Below are positions 15,921 to 25,348 of a stretch of DNA of 64,000 bases, piece after piece. Location of the stretch: the NCBI GenBank assembly GCA_002293825.1, contig DBDW01000008.1, forward strand, positions 9,430 to 73,429. The letters run 5' to 3'. This stretch comes from Candidatus Magasanikbacteria bacterium UBA922. GTDB lineage: Bacteria > Patescibacteriota > Patescibacteriia > Magasanikbacterales > UBA922. Position 1 is the stretch's first letter; each line of letters begins with the position of its first letter. The translations under genes and the position numbers were made by a program. Under the pieces are notes generated by a model. It saw only the letters and a program-made list of their open reading frames with translations, ran no database searches and was not told the origin of the DNA.

Positions 15921-18603
15921 CTTGCTCGTAATCATTTCACTTCTTTTCTCAAATATCGGGTTTGTATACGCATCAGAAGAATCTATCGAAGAAACGACTG
16001 CCGAAACCACAGAACAAATTCCCCAAGAAAATACTCCAGACGAAGCCGTAGAATCACCAACCTCAACTCCTGATACAATACCTGAAGATCTTCCTACGCG
16101 TACAGCAAAGCTCAGAATTGAAACATCTAAAGGGGTCTTGTTTGAAGATTCCGTTACCTTTAGTGCATGCAAACCATATGAGACGTCTGAAGAATATACA
16201 CTCAACGCACAATGCCTCATTGAGCAAACGGACGGATTGGACGTAGTTTGGACTCCAGGTGATGACGCATGGCTTGATCGAATAAACCAATACGGCACAG
16301 ACCTTTCAACGGGCTTATACTGGGCATACTTTGCAAATCTCGAATATGGGTCAGTCGCGTTGAATCATCTACCGGTACATGAAGGAGATGAGGTGTTGCT
16401 TGTGTACGGGGTAAACCCGCTTAAGATAGAAGTAGACACTCTTTCACCCACCCTTTACACAACAACAACGGTACGTGTATATGAATTTGGTTTTGATGAG
16501 TTTTGGAGTCCTGTATGGCTTCCTTCAAATAGTAGTACTCTATTACTGGATGAAAATTCGATTGCCGTCTCTCAAAATGGAGAAGCAATTCTCACATTTG
16601 ATACGCTCGACACACAAACACTTCGAGCAATTAAGACAGGACTTGCCTCAAGCAATAGTATTGAAGTGTACCCCATATTGCCAACAACCAAAGCTCAACT
16701 ACATGTAGTGGCACACGGACAAACTCTTTTCCACGACACCATAGAGGTGACAGCATGCATACCTAACGAAACACAGACTGATAGATACACATTAAACGCA
16801 CGATGCTTAATTGATCAAGCAATCGGCATTACACCTACCTGGAGCACCTATGGTACTGATTCCTTTCTCGATTCAATCAATGGTATAGACAACAACTTCG
16901 AAACCGGACTGTATTGGGGATATTTTATCAATCATGAATATGCTTCAACTGCGCTCAATCAATATATTCTCACTGAAGGAGATGAACTATTGATTACATA
17001 CAATACTATCCCACTCAAACTCACATTTTCGACCACTACCCCTACCACCGGAGACACAGTCACCGTATCTCTATACGAATTTGGTTTCGATGAGTTTTGG
17101 AGTCCTGCATGGCTAGCAGCGACCGGGGCATTATTCACAATAAACGGCACACCTGTAACCACCACTGATCACACTTATACATTTATCCCTACGACCACGA
17201 TTCCATATCTCATTCGTGCAGAAAAAGAAGGATATATCACGATTGAAAAAACCTTGGTGGCAACCACGACCCAATCTACCGGTGAATCAACTGAAAATAA
17301 TGAAGGAACAGGAGGCAATGGCAGCTCATCAGGGGGAAATATCACCAATCCTGTACAGCGTATGATCCAATTCCTCGATAGCACACAAAATGCCGACGGA
17401 TCATTTGGTTCAACTCCATTCCTGACTGATTGGGCAGCACTTGCCTATGGATCGTGGACAGACTCTTCACAAGGATTGAACGCTCTCAAAAATTACCTCA
17501 TCAGTGACCCTACCCCACTAGATGGTCCAAACGCAACCACAAATTACGCGCGCCGTAGTATGGCACTCATGGCACTCGGTATCAATCCTTATTCTGGAAC
17601 ACCCACCAACTATATTGAAAAAATAATTTCAGGATTTGACGGGACTCAATTCGGAGATACCGGTCTCATAAATGATGATATATTCGCACTCGTCCCATTA
17701 GTACACGCAGGGTATTCCAATAATCCGATTGTGGCTTCTACCACAAAATTTATCATTGAAAATCAATCAGCAAACGGATCATTTGGCTCAATCGATCTGA
17801 CCGCGGCTGCAATCCAAGCACTCTCTCCATTCTCATCTGACGACAATGTGCGCACCGCACTCACACACGCACGAACATATCTCAAAAATGCACAACGCAT
17901 TGATGCTGGTTTTGGCGATGTATATGCGACAGGATGGGTTCTCCAAGCAATCAGCGCACTTGGTGAACACATCTCTGACTGGCTAGTCAACGGCATCTCG
18001 CCAGTATCATATCTTACCAACGCACAAGCATCTGATGGAGGATTATTGAGTAGTGATGTACGAGCTAATCGTATCTGGTCTACCAGCTACGCAATTCCTG
18101 GACTGCTTGGCACCCCTTGGAATAAAATTCTTGCATCATTTGAGGCTCCAGTCACCACACCTGAAACCAGTGGACAAGGCTCATCTACCGCTACTACTAC
18201 CTTCGACATCATTACCCCTACCACCACTGTGGATAGCACAACCACCTCGACACCCATTTCACCAGAGATTACTATTACTGAAAACAGTGTAGATACGCTC
18301 GAACAAGGTTCCACATACACATCTTCCTCAATGCCGACCCCCATTATCACCTCTCGACAAGTAGAAAGCCAGACATCAATCGTACGAGGAGAACGAATTA
18401 TCGAGGATGTAGAACCATCTACAACACCCTCATCAACACCTACGAACACCCCTGAATCAACACTCGCGCCTGATGCAGATGGTGCGCAAACACTATCACA
18501 CACACCTACTCCCATCACCCGATACATCTTCTGGTCTTCATTTACTGCACTACTACTCGCACTCGGATATAGCTGGTTTATCCGCCCCACTTCAAAAAAA
18601 TAA
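15901..18603 (+). CDS. Surface protein: two DUF4430-like modules, prenyltransferase-like alpha/alpha barrel, Thr-rich stalk, C-terminal TM anchor
   Basis: Signal peptide; duplicated module (..GLYW.YF.N.EY...ALN...EGDE.L..Y..YEFGFDEFWSP.WL); QNADGSFG, QSANGSFG, QRIDAGFG repeats; C-terminal hydrophobic helix and KK. Confidence 0.8.
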   Translation: MKKKLYSLLVIISLLFSNIGFVYASEESIEETTAETTEQIPQENTPDEAVESPTSTPDTIPEDLPTRTAKLRIETSKGVLFEDSVTFSACKPYETSEEYTLNAQCLIEQTDGLDVVWTPGDDAWLDRINQYGTDLSTGLYWAYFANLEYGSVALNHLPVHEGDEVLLVYGVNPLKIEVDTLSPTLYTTTTVRVYEFGFDEFWSPVWLPSNSSTLLLDENSIAVSQNGEAILTFDTLDTQTLRAIKTGLASSNSIEVYPILPTTKAQLHVVAHGQTLFHDTIEVTACIPNETQTDRYTLNARCLIDQAIGITPTWSTYGTDSFLDSINGIDNNFETGLYWGYFINHEYASTALNQYILTEGDELLITYNTIPLKLTFSTTTPTTGDTVTVSLYEFGFDEFWSPAWLAATGALFTINGTPVTTTDHTYTFIPTTTIPYLIRAEKEGYITIEKTLVATTTQSTGESTENNEGTGGNGSSSGGNITNPVQRMIQFLDSTQNADGSFGSTPFLTDWAALAYGSWTDSSQGLNALKNYLISDPTPLDGPNATTNYARRSMALMALGINPYSGTPTNYIEKIISGFDGTQFGDTGLINDDIFALVPLVHAGYSNNPIVASTTKFIIENQSANGSFGSIDLTAAAIQALSPFSSDDNVRTALTHARTYLKNAQRIDAGFGDVYATGWVLQAISALGEHISDWLVNGISPVSYLTNAQASDGGLLSSDVRANRIWSTSYAIPGLLGTPWNKILASFEAPVTTPETSGQGSSTATTTFDIITPTTTVDSTTTSTPISPEITITENSVDTLEQGSTYTSSSMPTPIITSRQVESQTSIVRGERIIEDVEPSTTPSSTPTNTPESTLAPDADGAQTLSHTPTPITRYIFWSSFTALLLALGYSWFIRPTSKK

Positions 18604-18645
18604 TACGATACCGTATACTTAGCACACCTTAACCACATTGTAACT

Positions 18646-19188
18646 ATGAAAACATACCTACTCGTCGTACTCGCTCTTGCTAGCTATGGAGTATTCGCCC
18701 GCCTTATACCACACGACCCTAATTTTGTACCTCTCACAGCACTTGCACTTGTTGGAGGGCTCTATCTCCCTCGCCAATGGGCATATATCGTCCCTATATC
18801 TGCAATGTTCGTAAGTGACATGTTTATTGGCTTTTACCACCCACTCATCATGCTCTCAGTGTATGGATGTCTTATCCTCGCTACATATCTCGGTACAAAA
18901 ACCCGATCCTCAAAACGCATCCTCTCTATTCTCGGTATCACTCTCACAAGCTCACTTGCGTTTTATCTTGTAACCAATGGTATGGTATGGGCTTTTGGTA
19001 CACTCTACCCAAAAACCATCACAGGACTCATGGAAAGCTACTATTTCGCACTTCCATTCTTCCGCAACAGTCTTCTCAGTGATTTTCTCTATACTGGAAT
19101 ACTTGTGGGAGGAATCGAGACTTTCACATGGTGGAGTAGACACCGCGCATCGAAAAGAGTCGAGGCACTTGCTCACCATAAATCATAG
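18646..19188 (+). CDS. DUF6580-type putative ECF S-component-like transporter
   Basis: RLIPHDPNFVP..ALAL..G, SD.FIGFY, FYLVTN..VW, LPFFRNSL..D..Y; about 6 TM segments; last gene of the riboswitch operon. Confidence 0.75.
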   Translation: MKTYLLVVLALASYGVFARLIPHDPNFVPLTALALVGGLYLPRQWAYIVPISAMFVSDMFIGFYHPLIMLSVYGCLILATYLGTKTRSSKRILSILGITLTSSLAFYLVTNGMVWAFGTLYPKTITGLMESYYFALPFFRNSLLSDFLYTGILVGGIETFTWWSRHRASKRVEALAHHKS

Positions 19189-19194
19189 TTTACA

Positions 19195-19232
19195 AAAAAA
19201 CATCCTGATGTATAGTCAGGATGTTTTTTATT
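19195..19232. terminator. Bidirectional terminator, copy 1 of an identical 38-bp repeat
   Basis: aaaaaacatcctgatgtatagtcaggatgttttttatt, identical at 22775-22812. Confidence 0.85.
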
Positions 19233-19233
19233 A

Positions 19234-20709
19234 TTACCCTCGTGGTTCAATTGCAGGTTCCTTCATGTATTCTGCCTCCTCACTCATGGGTTCGTATGGC
19301 ATAATCGTAATTGGCTCTTCACTTTGTTTTTCAAGTTCTGCCAACATTTCACGTGCCAACGGAATCACCACGGTCTCTTGCCACAATCCTTCTTTTTGTA
19401 CTGATTCAAAATCTTGTACCCGGGCTATAAGTGCTGGAACAAAAATTTCATTCGAGGTGCCTGTAGCTTCATCAAACTGCCATCGTCTCATATATCCCTC
19501 AGACACGTTTTCAAGTACCACATCAACGGTCTTGGTCGGCTCTGCATATACCGGCATACGACCCTTCGAAAGAATAGCACGGAGACGATTTTCATCTGTC
19601 TCACCTACATATGAGGATGCGCTAAATGTCTTTGTCATAATACCGTCCACACTAGTCACCCTCTTTTCTTGTGAATGTACATTCACGCGAATACCCATCG
19701 GCTCACCATATTCTTCATATACAGGTTTCCCATTGATAACCAATTGATACACTACTGTCTGAACATTTGGAATATAAAACAAACTCTTATCAGTCGCTGT
19801 TTCGTACCCTACTCTCCATCGACTATCTACTGTTCCAGGTGCGTGTGCACGCATATCAATTCCGTATTCAGCAAGAAATGAATCTGCAATTGATATTAAT
19901 TCCTCATCTTCGAGCACATCACTGATTGTGGGTTGCTGAAACGTTCGTACCGGCCATTTTGAATAATTTTCAAAAATTGAAACATACCCACCTACCATGT
20001 CGACCGTCACTACATATCCTCTATCTCGATCTTCTGCCAACGTAAAACTCTGCACATACGCATTATTCACTTTCCCAAGATCGAATAATCCCATTTTTAT
20101 TCTTTGTAACACACCTGCATACTGTGAACCTGCATCGTTATTTGACTCACGTTTCAATACTTCAACAGTTTCAGATAATGAGGGTATCGTACTCTCAAAT
20201 GAAAAGTTGTAATTGGTGTACACTGGTTCGTATAAAAGTGAGCTCATTTTTTCAACACCGCCTCCGAATTCCATAGTCTGTGCATCACCTCCACGTCCCT
20301 CATGTTGAGTATTTACTGAAACAGGCTGCAATGGACCAAACGCATTTGCTTCTGCTCGCGCAATACGCGTACCACCACTAAAACTGTTTTCAATGACACC
20401 TCCTGAAAGCGGGGAGCTAAAGTACACCACAGGGACCGCGATTGCAAGTGTTGCAATTGCTCCGCCGAGCGTGTGTACCCATGGTGATCTAAACCATGAA
20501 TAAGTTTCCTTTTTTGCCACGGCATGTTGAGTAGAAAATTTCTCAAGTACCCGCATTCTCAATTCTTTTGCAAAATTTTCATCATACTTTGTATCTGGTT
20601 TTTGTCTTGTCATAGCCTCGATAACTTGTGCGATTTCTATTTCATGTTTTTTCAATCCGGGGTCAATTGCATATAATTCCTGGAGTATATGCTGAATATT
20701 TTTTTCCAT
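19234..20709 (-). CDS. Single-TM protein with large extracytoplasmic domain, putative anti-sigma factor
   Basis: Directly downstream of an ECF sigma gene; cytoplasmic N-terminus (P...DENFAKELR..VL), TM at about aa 78-97. Confidence 0.6.
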   Translation of the reverse strand: MEKNIQHILQELYAIDPGLKKHEIEIAQVIEAMTRQKPDTKYDENFAKELRMRVLEKFSTQHAVAKKETYSWFRSPWVHTLGGAIATLAIAVPVVYFSSPLSGGVIENSFSGGTRIARAEANAFGPLQPVSVNTQHEGRGGDAQTMEFGGGVEKMSSLLYEPVYTNYNFSFESTIPSLSETVEVLKRESNNDAGSQYAGVLQRIKMGLFDLGKVNNAYVQSFTLAEDRDRGYVVTVDMVGGYVSIFENYSKWPVRTFQQPTISDVLEDEELISIADSFLAEYGIDMRAHAPGTVDSRWRVGYETATDKSLFYIPNVQTVVYQLVINGKPVYEEYGEPMGIRVNVHSQEKRVTSVDGIMTKTFSASSYVGETDENRLRAILSKGRMPVYAEPTKTVDVVLENVSEGYMRRWQFDEATGTSNEIFVPALIARVQDFESVQKEGLWQETVVIPLAREMLAELEKQSEEPITIMPYEPMSEEAEYMKEPAIEPRG

Positions 20710-20802
20710 AGTTTGATTATAATATTATTAGTACAACGTAGTGGATATCCATATACTTGTACTACGTTATTCGGAATACATAGTAACATCTGCTACAAGT
20801 AT

Positions 20803-21381
20803 TTATACCTTGCCACTCATTGCAAGAAACATACATACGTATATACCCATCGGTATCTGCGACCGAAGAGATTTTAATGCTCGAGATGTCGCCATTTTCA
20901 AACTTGCCTCACTTTTTCCCATGATTTCGGCAATCTCTTTATACGATAATTCATCCCATACTCTTAGTATAATGATTTCGCGTTCTTTTTCTGAAAGTTT
21001 TTGTAATGCACCTTGGACACGCATGAGCATTTCCTTGGTATCAAGTGAGGAGCCGAGGTCGACATGATCTGGTATATCGTATGCTTCTGGCATTGATGCA
21101 TATTTTTGTTTTTTTCGATATTCATCGACGAGCGTGTTTCGTGCAATACGATACAGCCACGACGATGTAGTTCCCTTTCCTGGATCAAAACTGGAGATAC
21201 GTTCAAGTGCTTTAGTAAATGTATCAGCCACAATATCTTCAGCACTCTGCTTATCTCGTGTTCTAAAAAAAGCGTAGTCGTATATTTTTTTCACAAATCC
21301 ATCATACACCACTCCAAACGCATTTCGATCTCCCTTGGCAGCTCGAAGCATGTACTCATCATAATTGATATGTTCTGACAT
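20803..21381 (-). CDS. ECF sigma-70 factor
   Basis: AEDIVADTF.KA, SWLYRIARN..VD..RK, LS.KEREII.LR..DELSYKEIA.IMG. Confidence 0.9.
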   Translation of the reverse strand: MSEHINYDEYMLRAAKGDRNAFGVVYDGFVKKIYDYAFFRTRDKQSAEDIVADTFTKALERISSFDPGKGTTSSWLYRIARNTLVDEYRKKQKYASMPEAYDIPDHVDLGSSLDTKEMLMRVQGALQKLSEKEREIIILRVWDELSYKEIAEIMGKSEASLKMATSRALKSLRSQIPMGIYVCMFLAMSGKV

Positions 21382-21550
21382 AAACATCAGGTAATTAATA
21401 CAGCACGTACAGTATATCACATGCATATGCACAGATATCTATCCGTATGTATATTGTTCTTATTATGTAAAATTGTTATGCTATGTGTTCCCCTGGCCAT
21501 GCAGCATGCCGGGGTTCGACAGAAATGCTGCCCAAAGGAGAAATGGCCAC

Positions 21551-21871
21551 ATGGCCAAAGTGCTGAATGTTACTCTCTCCGGTGATCCAAGAAATCCGAG
21601 CGGTCCCTGCATCTCACACGCGTTCAACAACTACCGTTCATTCTTCAAAGACACGATCGTGTTCTACGGAGAAACTGACTCGGGTGTTCATGTCGAACTC
21701 GAGGTGAAGGTGAGCGAACTGCGATGGCTCGAAAAAACAGGCTCCTGGCAAGAAATCAAAGGGGTGACTGCTGACTCAAGCTCATCGTACGTGGCACAGC
21801 TCGAGACGGATAAAAAGATCGGTTCCATCCGATGCACCTCTCTCGCCAAGGCGTCCTACGCTGAAGCCTGA
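21551..21871 (+). CDS. Orphan hypothetical protein (106 aa)
   Basis: SD AAGGAG at 21535-21540; 3' hairpin at 21894-21934. Confidence 0.55.
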   Translation: MAKVLNVTLSGDPRNPSGPCISHAFNNYRSFFKDTIVFYGETDSGVHVELEVKVSELRWLEKTGSWQEIKGVTADSSSSYVAQLETDKKIGSIRCTSLAKASYAEA

Positions 21872-22053
21872 TCACCCTGAGGAGTAATTCTATTGCCCAC
21901 ACACCATTGTACCTCGTATACATGTGTGTGGGCACCTTTACACCAGATCCTACAACATCTCTTAATACGTGACACCGCCGAAAAAGTAACACACTTGCCA
22001 AATTCTACGTTCTCAGCTATACTTGTTTATTCTCATTCCCTGAATTACTTCCT

Positions 22054-22740
22054 ATGGAACAGAATAAACAGAAAATAGCAGTATTCGATATCGACGGCAC
22101 TATTTTCCGCTCAAATCTTCATTTTGAACTCTTCAAAGGTCTCGTAGAATATGGAATCTTCCCATCAATCGTACTCAAAGAAATCGAAGAATATCATGAT
22201 GACTGGATCAATCGACGAGGAAAATATCGTGACTTTGAAAAATCACTGATTCTCTCATATCAAAACCGTCTCAAAGGAAAAGTGGTCGAAGATATCGAAA
22301 AAGTTAGCCGAATTGTGGTGCAAGAAAAAATGGAGCATGTCTATGTGTACACCAGAGACATGATCGAAAAACTAAGAGAAGATCACATCCTTCTAGCTAT
22401 TTCAGGATCACCTCATGAAATCGTGACTGCATTTACCGAATATTGGAAATTCGATCGTGCGTATGGGACCGTGTATGCATCTGAAAACGGAATTTTCACC
22501 AGCGATATTATTTTTCCTTCATACGAAATCAAAGATCATACTCTCAAAAATTTTTGCACCGAAGCAGGTCTCTCACTTGAAGGATCCGTAGGGATCGGTG
22601 ACACCAGTGGAGACGTAGCATTCCTCGATCTGGTGGAACATCCTATTGCATTCAACCCAAGCAAGGAGCTCTTTGCTGTAGCACAAGAGAAACAATGGAA
22701 AACAGTAGTCGAGCGAAAAGACGTCATTTACGAAATGTAA
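22054..22740 (+). CDS. HAD-IB family hydrolase (SerB-like)
   Basis: FDIDGT, AISGS, K, GDTSGD. Confidence 0.9.
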   Translation: MEQNKQKIAVFDIDGTIFRSNLHFELFKGLVEYGIFPSIVLKEIEEYHDDWINRRGKYRDFEKSLILSYQNRLKGKVVEDIEKVSRIVVQEKMEHVYVYTRDMIEKLREDHILLAISGSPHEIVTAFTEYWKFDRAYGTVYASENGIFTSDIIFPSYEIKDHTLKNFCTEAGLSLEGSVGIGDTSGDVAFLDLVEHPIAFNPSKELFAVAQEKQWKTVVERKDVIYEM

Positions 22741-22774
22741 TGTTAGGTGATTACGATTTGCCCGTTCAAAATAT

Positions 22775-22812
22775 AAAAAACATCCTGATGTATAGTCAGG
22801 ATGTTTTTTATT
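22775..22812. terminator. Bidirectional terminator, copy 2 of the 38-bp repeat
   Basis: Identical to 19195-19232. Confidence 0.85.
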
Positions 22813-22817
22813 TCACA

Positions 22818-23327
22818 TTACGAATTGCGTTCTTCAATGTGCACGTTGAATCGTTTTTTGAATTTCCCTTCACTATCAGATCTCTTTTCATGCAATTCAT
22901 CTATACGTGTTTTCATGAATTCGAGACGTGTTTCAGCCTGTGCCTGGGTAATCACACCTGCATCTACCAATGCCTGCAATCGCTCTTTCATCTGAGCCTC
23001 TCCATATGTGCGCATTTTTTCTTGCACCACAGTATGGTCAATTCCCTTTTCTTCAAGAAGAGTTTCTAATTTCTTACCCTCCGCCCACGCACCAGCAATT
23101 TCTTCCACTGGAATTCCTGTTATTTCTGACTGATGTGTAAACAGTTGAGTCTGTCTTTCTACAAACTCTTGAGGAGTTTTTATTACACCCATCCCCAACC
23201 CTCGTCCACCACGATGCGTTTCAGTAAAATTTTCAGAGATCATGTTTTGTGCAGCAGACACTGTCCCCGCTCCTAAAAATACTACTGCGAGCGCGGGTAC
23301 TATTCCGTAGGTAAAAATTTTTTTCAT
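22818..23327 (-). CDS. Secreted helical protein
   Basis: Signal peptide ..GTVSAA; LVDAGVITQAQA motif. Confidence 0.7.
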   Translation of the reverse strand: MKKIFTYGIVPALAVVFLGAGTVSAAQNMISENFTETHRGGRGLGMGVIKTPQEFVERQTQLFTHQSEITGIPVEEIAGAWAEGKKLETLLEEKGIDHTVVQEKMRTYGEAQMKERLQALVDAGVITQAQAETRLEFMKTRIDELHEKRSDSEGKFKKRFNVHIEERNS

Positions 23328-23397
23328 ATACATATAAGATTAATAGATACTATATTGTCACCCGGGTTATACTATTATTACACTATCCAAAAAATTT

Positions 23398-24099
23398 TTA
23401 TTTCATTTCTGGAATCTGTCGCACACCCAAAGCTTCAATAGTCGAACCAATCTTTTTGCCCACCACGATTACTCGATCACCTACTTGAAGTGCTTCACGA
23501 GCAATTATGCGAGTACCTGGATGGATTGATACGATAATCACCTCTTGACGCGGGTTTTTCATATCAAACCCCTTATTAGTAAAGAAAATAATTTTTCCCA
23601 CTTCTGCATTATTCCACACAGGCTCGCGTATTTCTCGATATAAATTATGCATCACCGGAAGAGGTCGCATCTCCATCCGATGCATCATCACCACATGTAG
23701 TGGTGTGCGCGCAAGCATCCATGCAGTTCCCAATATAATCACCACCATGATACCTGCTGAATACAATAATGGCCTACGATATGCAAACGAATATTTCTGC
23801 ACCAACAACTCAAGTACGATCAAAAACACACCAATCAATATAATTAAAATCCATGGCAATGATTTAAGAAACACAATCATTCCATACCACCCAAATCCTG
23901 GTGCAAATAAAATTCCCGTCTCTCGAAGTCCAAACATGATAAGACTCATGAGATAAATCAATACCAGAAAAAGAATTATAAATCCAAGTGTTGCTAGCAC
24001 TGTTTTCAATACAAAATGCCAGCGCGGACGCATCACAATCTCACCCCGTTTAATTGCAGTGAGAACCTTTGCCTGAATTTTTTGAGTATGTTCATCCAT
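23398..24099 (-). CDS. Multi-TM protein with C-terminal OB-like domain, putative anti-sigma partner
   Basis: IK.GEI.MRPRWHF, 3-4 TM segments, LQVGDRVIVVG; adjacent to an ECF sigma gene. Confidence 0.65.
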   Translation of the reverse strand: MDEHTQKIQAKVLTAIKRGEIVMRPRWHFVLKTVLATLGFIILFLVLIYLMSLIMFGLRETGILFAPGFGWYGMIVFLKSLPWILIILIGVFLIVLELLVQKYSFAYRRPLLYSAGIMVVIILGTAWMLARTPLHVVMMHRMEMRPLPVMHNLYREIREPVWNNAEVGKIIFFTNKGFDMKNPRQEVIIVSIHPGTRIIAREALQVGDRVIVVGKKIGSTIEALGVRQIPEMK

Positions 24100-24103
24100 A
24101 TAA

Positions 24104-24673
24104 TTATTTCGGAGAAACTATTTTTTTGAGCTGCGCTTTCGCTCGAGCGATTCGCACTCCTACTGTAGAGATCGGTATCGACAATACATCAGCGATCTCT
24201 TTGTATCCCAACTCTTCGAGATAGAATAATATCAATACTTCACGATATTTGGGAGAAAGCTGCTTCATTCTATCTACAATTTTTTCCGTACTTTCTTTCG
24301 TATCAAGCAAACCTTCAAGTGTGTCTTCGGTACGAACCGGTAGACTGATAAACGTGTCAAAGTCAAAAAATGATACCGGCTCCCTTCCATTCTTTTTGAT
24401 TACGTTAATAAACGTATTATGAGCAATTCGATATATCCATGTTGAAAATTTTTTATCAGTATCAAAACTTTTAATATTTCGATATGTCTTGATAAAGACT
24501 TCCTGAACCGCATCTTCTAAATCTTCGTATGAATACAAAAACCGCTGACCGTAACGCAGCATTTTTTGTTCATATCGCTGAAACAATATCGTAAACGCAT
24601 CGTCAGTACCCTGTTGCACTGCCCGTGCGAGTTCCTCATCACTCATGTGTGTCTGCATATACGTTTTGAACAT
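24104..24673 (-). CDS. ECF sigma-70 factor (SigW-like)
   Basis: EDAVQEVFIK.Y, FSTWIYRIAHN, YREVLILFY.EEL.YKEIA.VL.IP..TV..RI.RAK; start may be a few codons downstream. Confidence 0.9.
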   Translation of the reverse strand: MFKTYMQTHMSDEELARAVQQGTDDAFTILFQRYEQKMLRYGQRFLYSYEDLEDAVQEVFIKTYRNIKSFDTDKKFSTWIYRIAHNTFINVIKKNGREPVSFFDFDTFISLPVRTEDTLEGLLDTKESTEKIVDRMKQLSPKYREVLILFYLEELGYKEIADVLSIPISTVGVRIARAKAQLKKIVSPK

Positions 24674-24834
24674 ACCTTACAGATATGCCTCTCTAGTACT
24701 ACACCCTCACCCCTTCATTTATTTCATCTATAGGACAATACCTCTACTAACTATAAAATCAAACATTACATACGTCAATAAAGCCCTATTTTGTCATCTT
24801 GTGATTATCTTTCGATATGCTATGATAGTATTCT

Positions 24835-25338
24835 ATGCAACTCCCCTACCGAAAACCAGGAAAATTTAGTCGTCCACTATTTGATCCTCATATTACCCAA
24901 GAAAAACACGATGAGCTCACGCAAACACTAGAGACTCTCCTCCGCAAGCGTCCACACGCTGCACGAGAAGTAGCACGGCTCGCTGAATTGGGTGATTTTT
25001 CAGAAAACGTAGAATATCAGCTCGCTAAAGGCCGTTTGCGACGTATCAACGAACAGATACTCGTCCTTGAAAATCAGCTCAAACAAGCAGAAATCATCCA
25101 TACTGACCACTCTTCCCCCTTTATAGAACTCGGAGACACGCTTGAAGTTTCGGTCAACGGTAGCACAAAAACACTCACCATTCTCGGATCTTCTGAGACT
25201 GATCCTGTCCGTGGAATCATTTCCCAGCATTCGCCAATCGGCACAGCTCTACTTGGAAAAAAAATCGGTGAAACTGTTGTTGTTCCGATTGGGAAACGGA
25301 CAGTAACGTATACCATATTATCAAAAAAGCGCCCATAA
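24835..25338 (+). CDS. greA: GreA/GreB family transcription elongation factor
   Basis: LGDFSENVEYQLAK, IS..SPIG.ALLGK..G. Confidence 0.85.
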   Translation: MQLPYRKPGKFSRPLFDPHITQEKHDELTQTLETLLRKRPHAAREVARLAELGDFSENVEYQLAKGRLRRINEQILVLENQLKQAEIIHTDHSSPFIELGDTLEVSVNGSTKTLTILGSSETDPVRGIISQHSPIGTALLGKKIGETVVVPIGKRTVTYTILSKKRP

Positions 25339-25348
25339 GCGCTTTTTA

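Noticed and set aside
18977-19747. 256-aa plus-strand ORF and other long antisense ORFs (26605-27198, 35028-35648, 44298-44912)
   Set aside because: Shadow frames of well-supported genes; they cross terminators and lack motifs.
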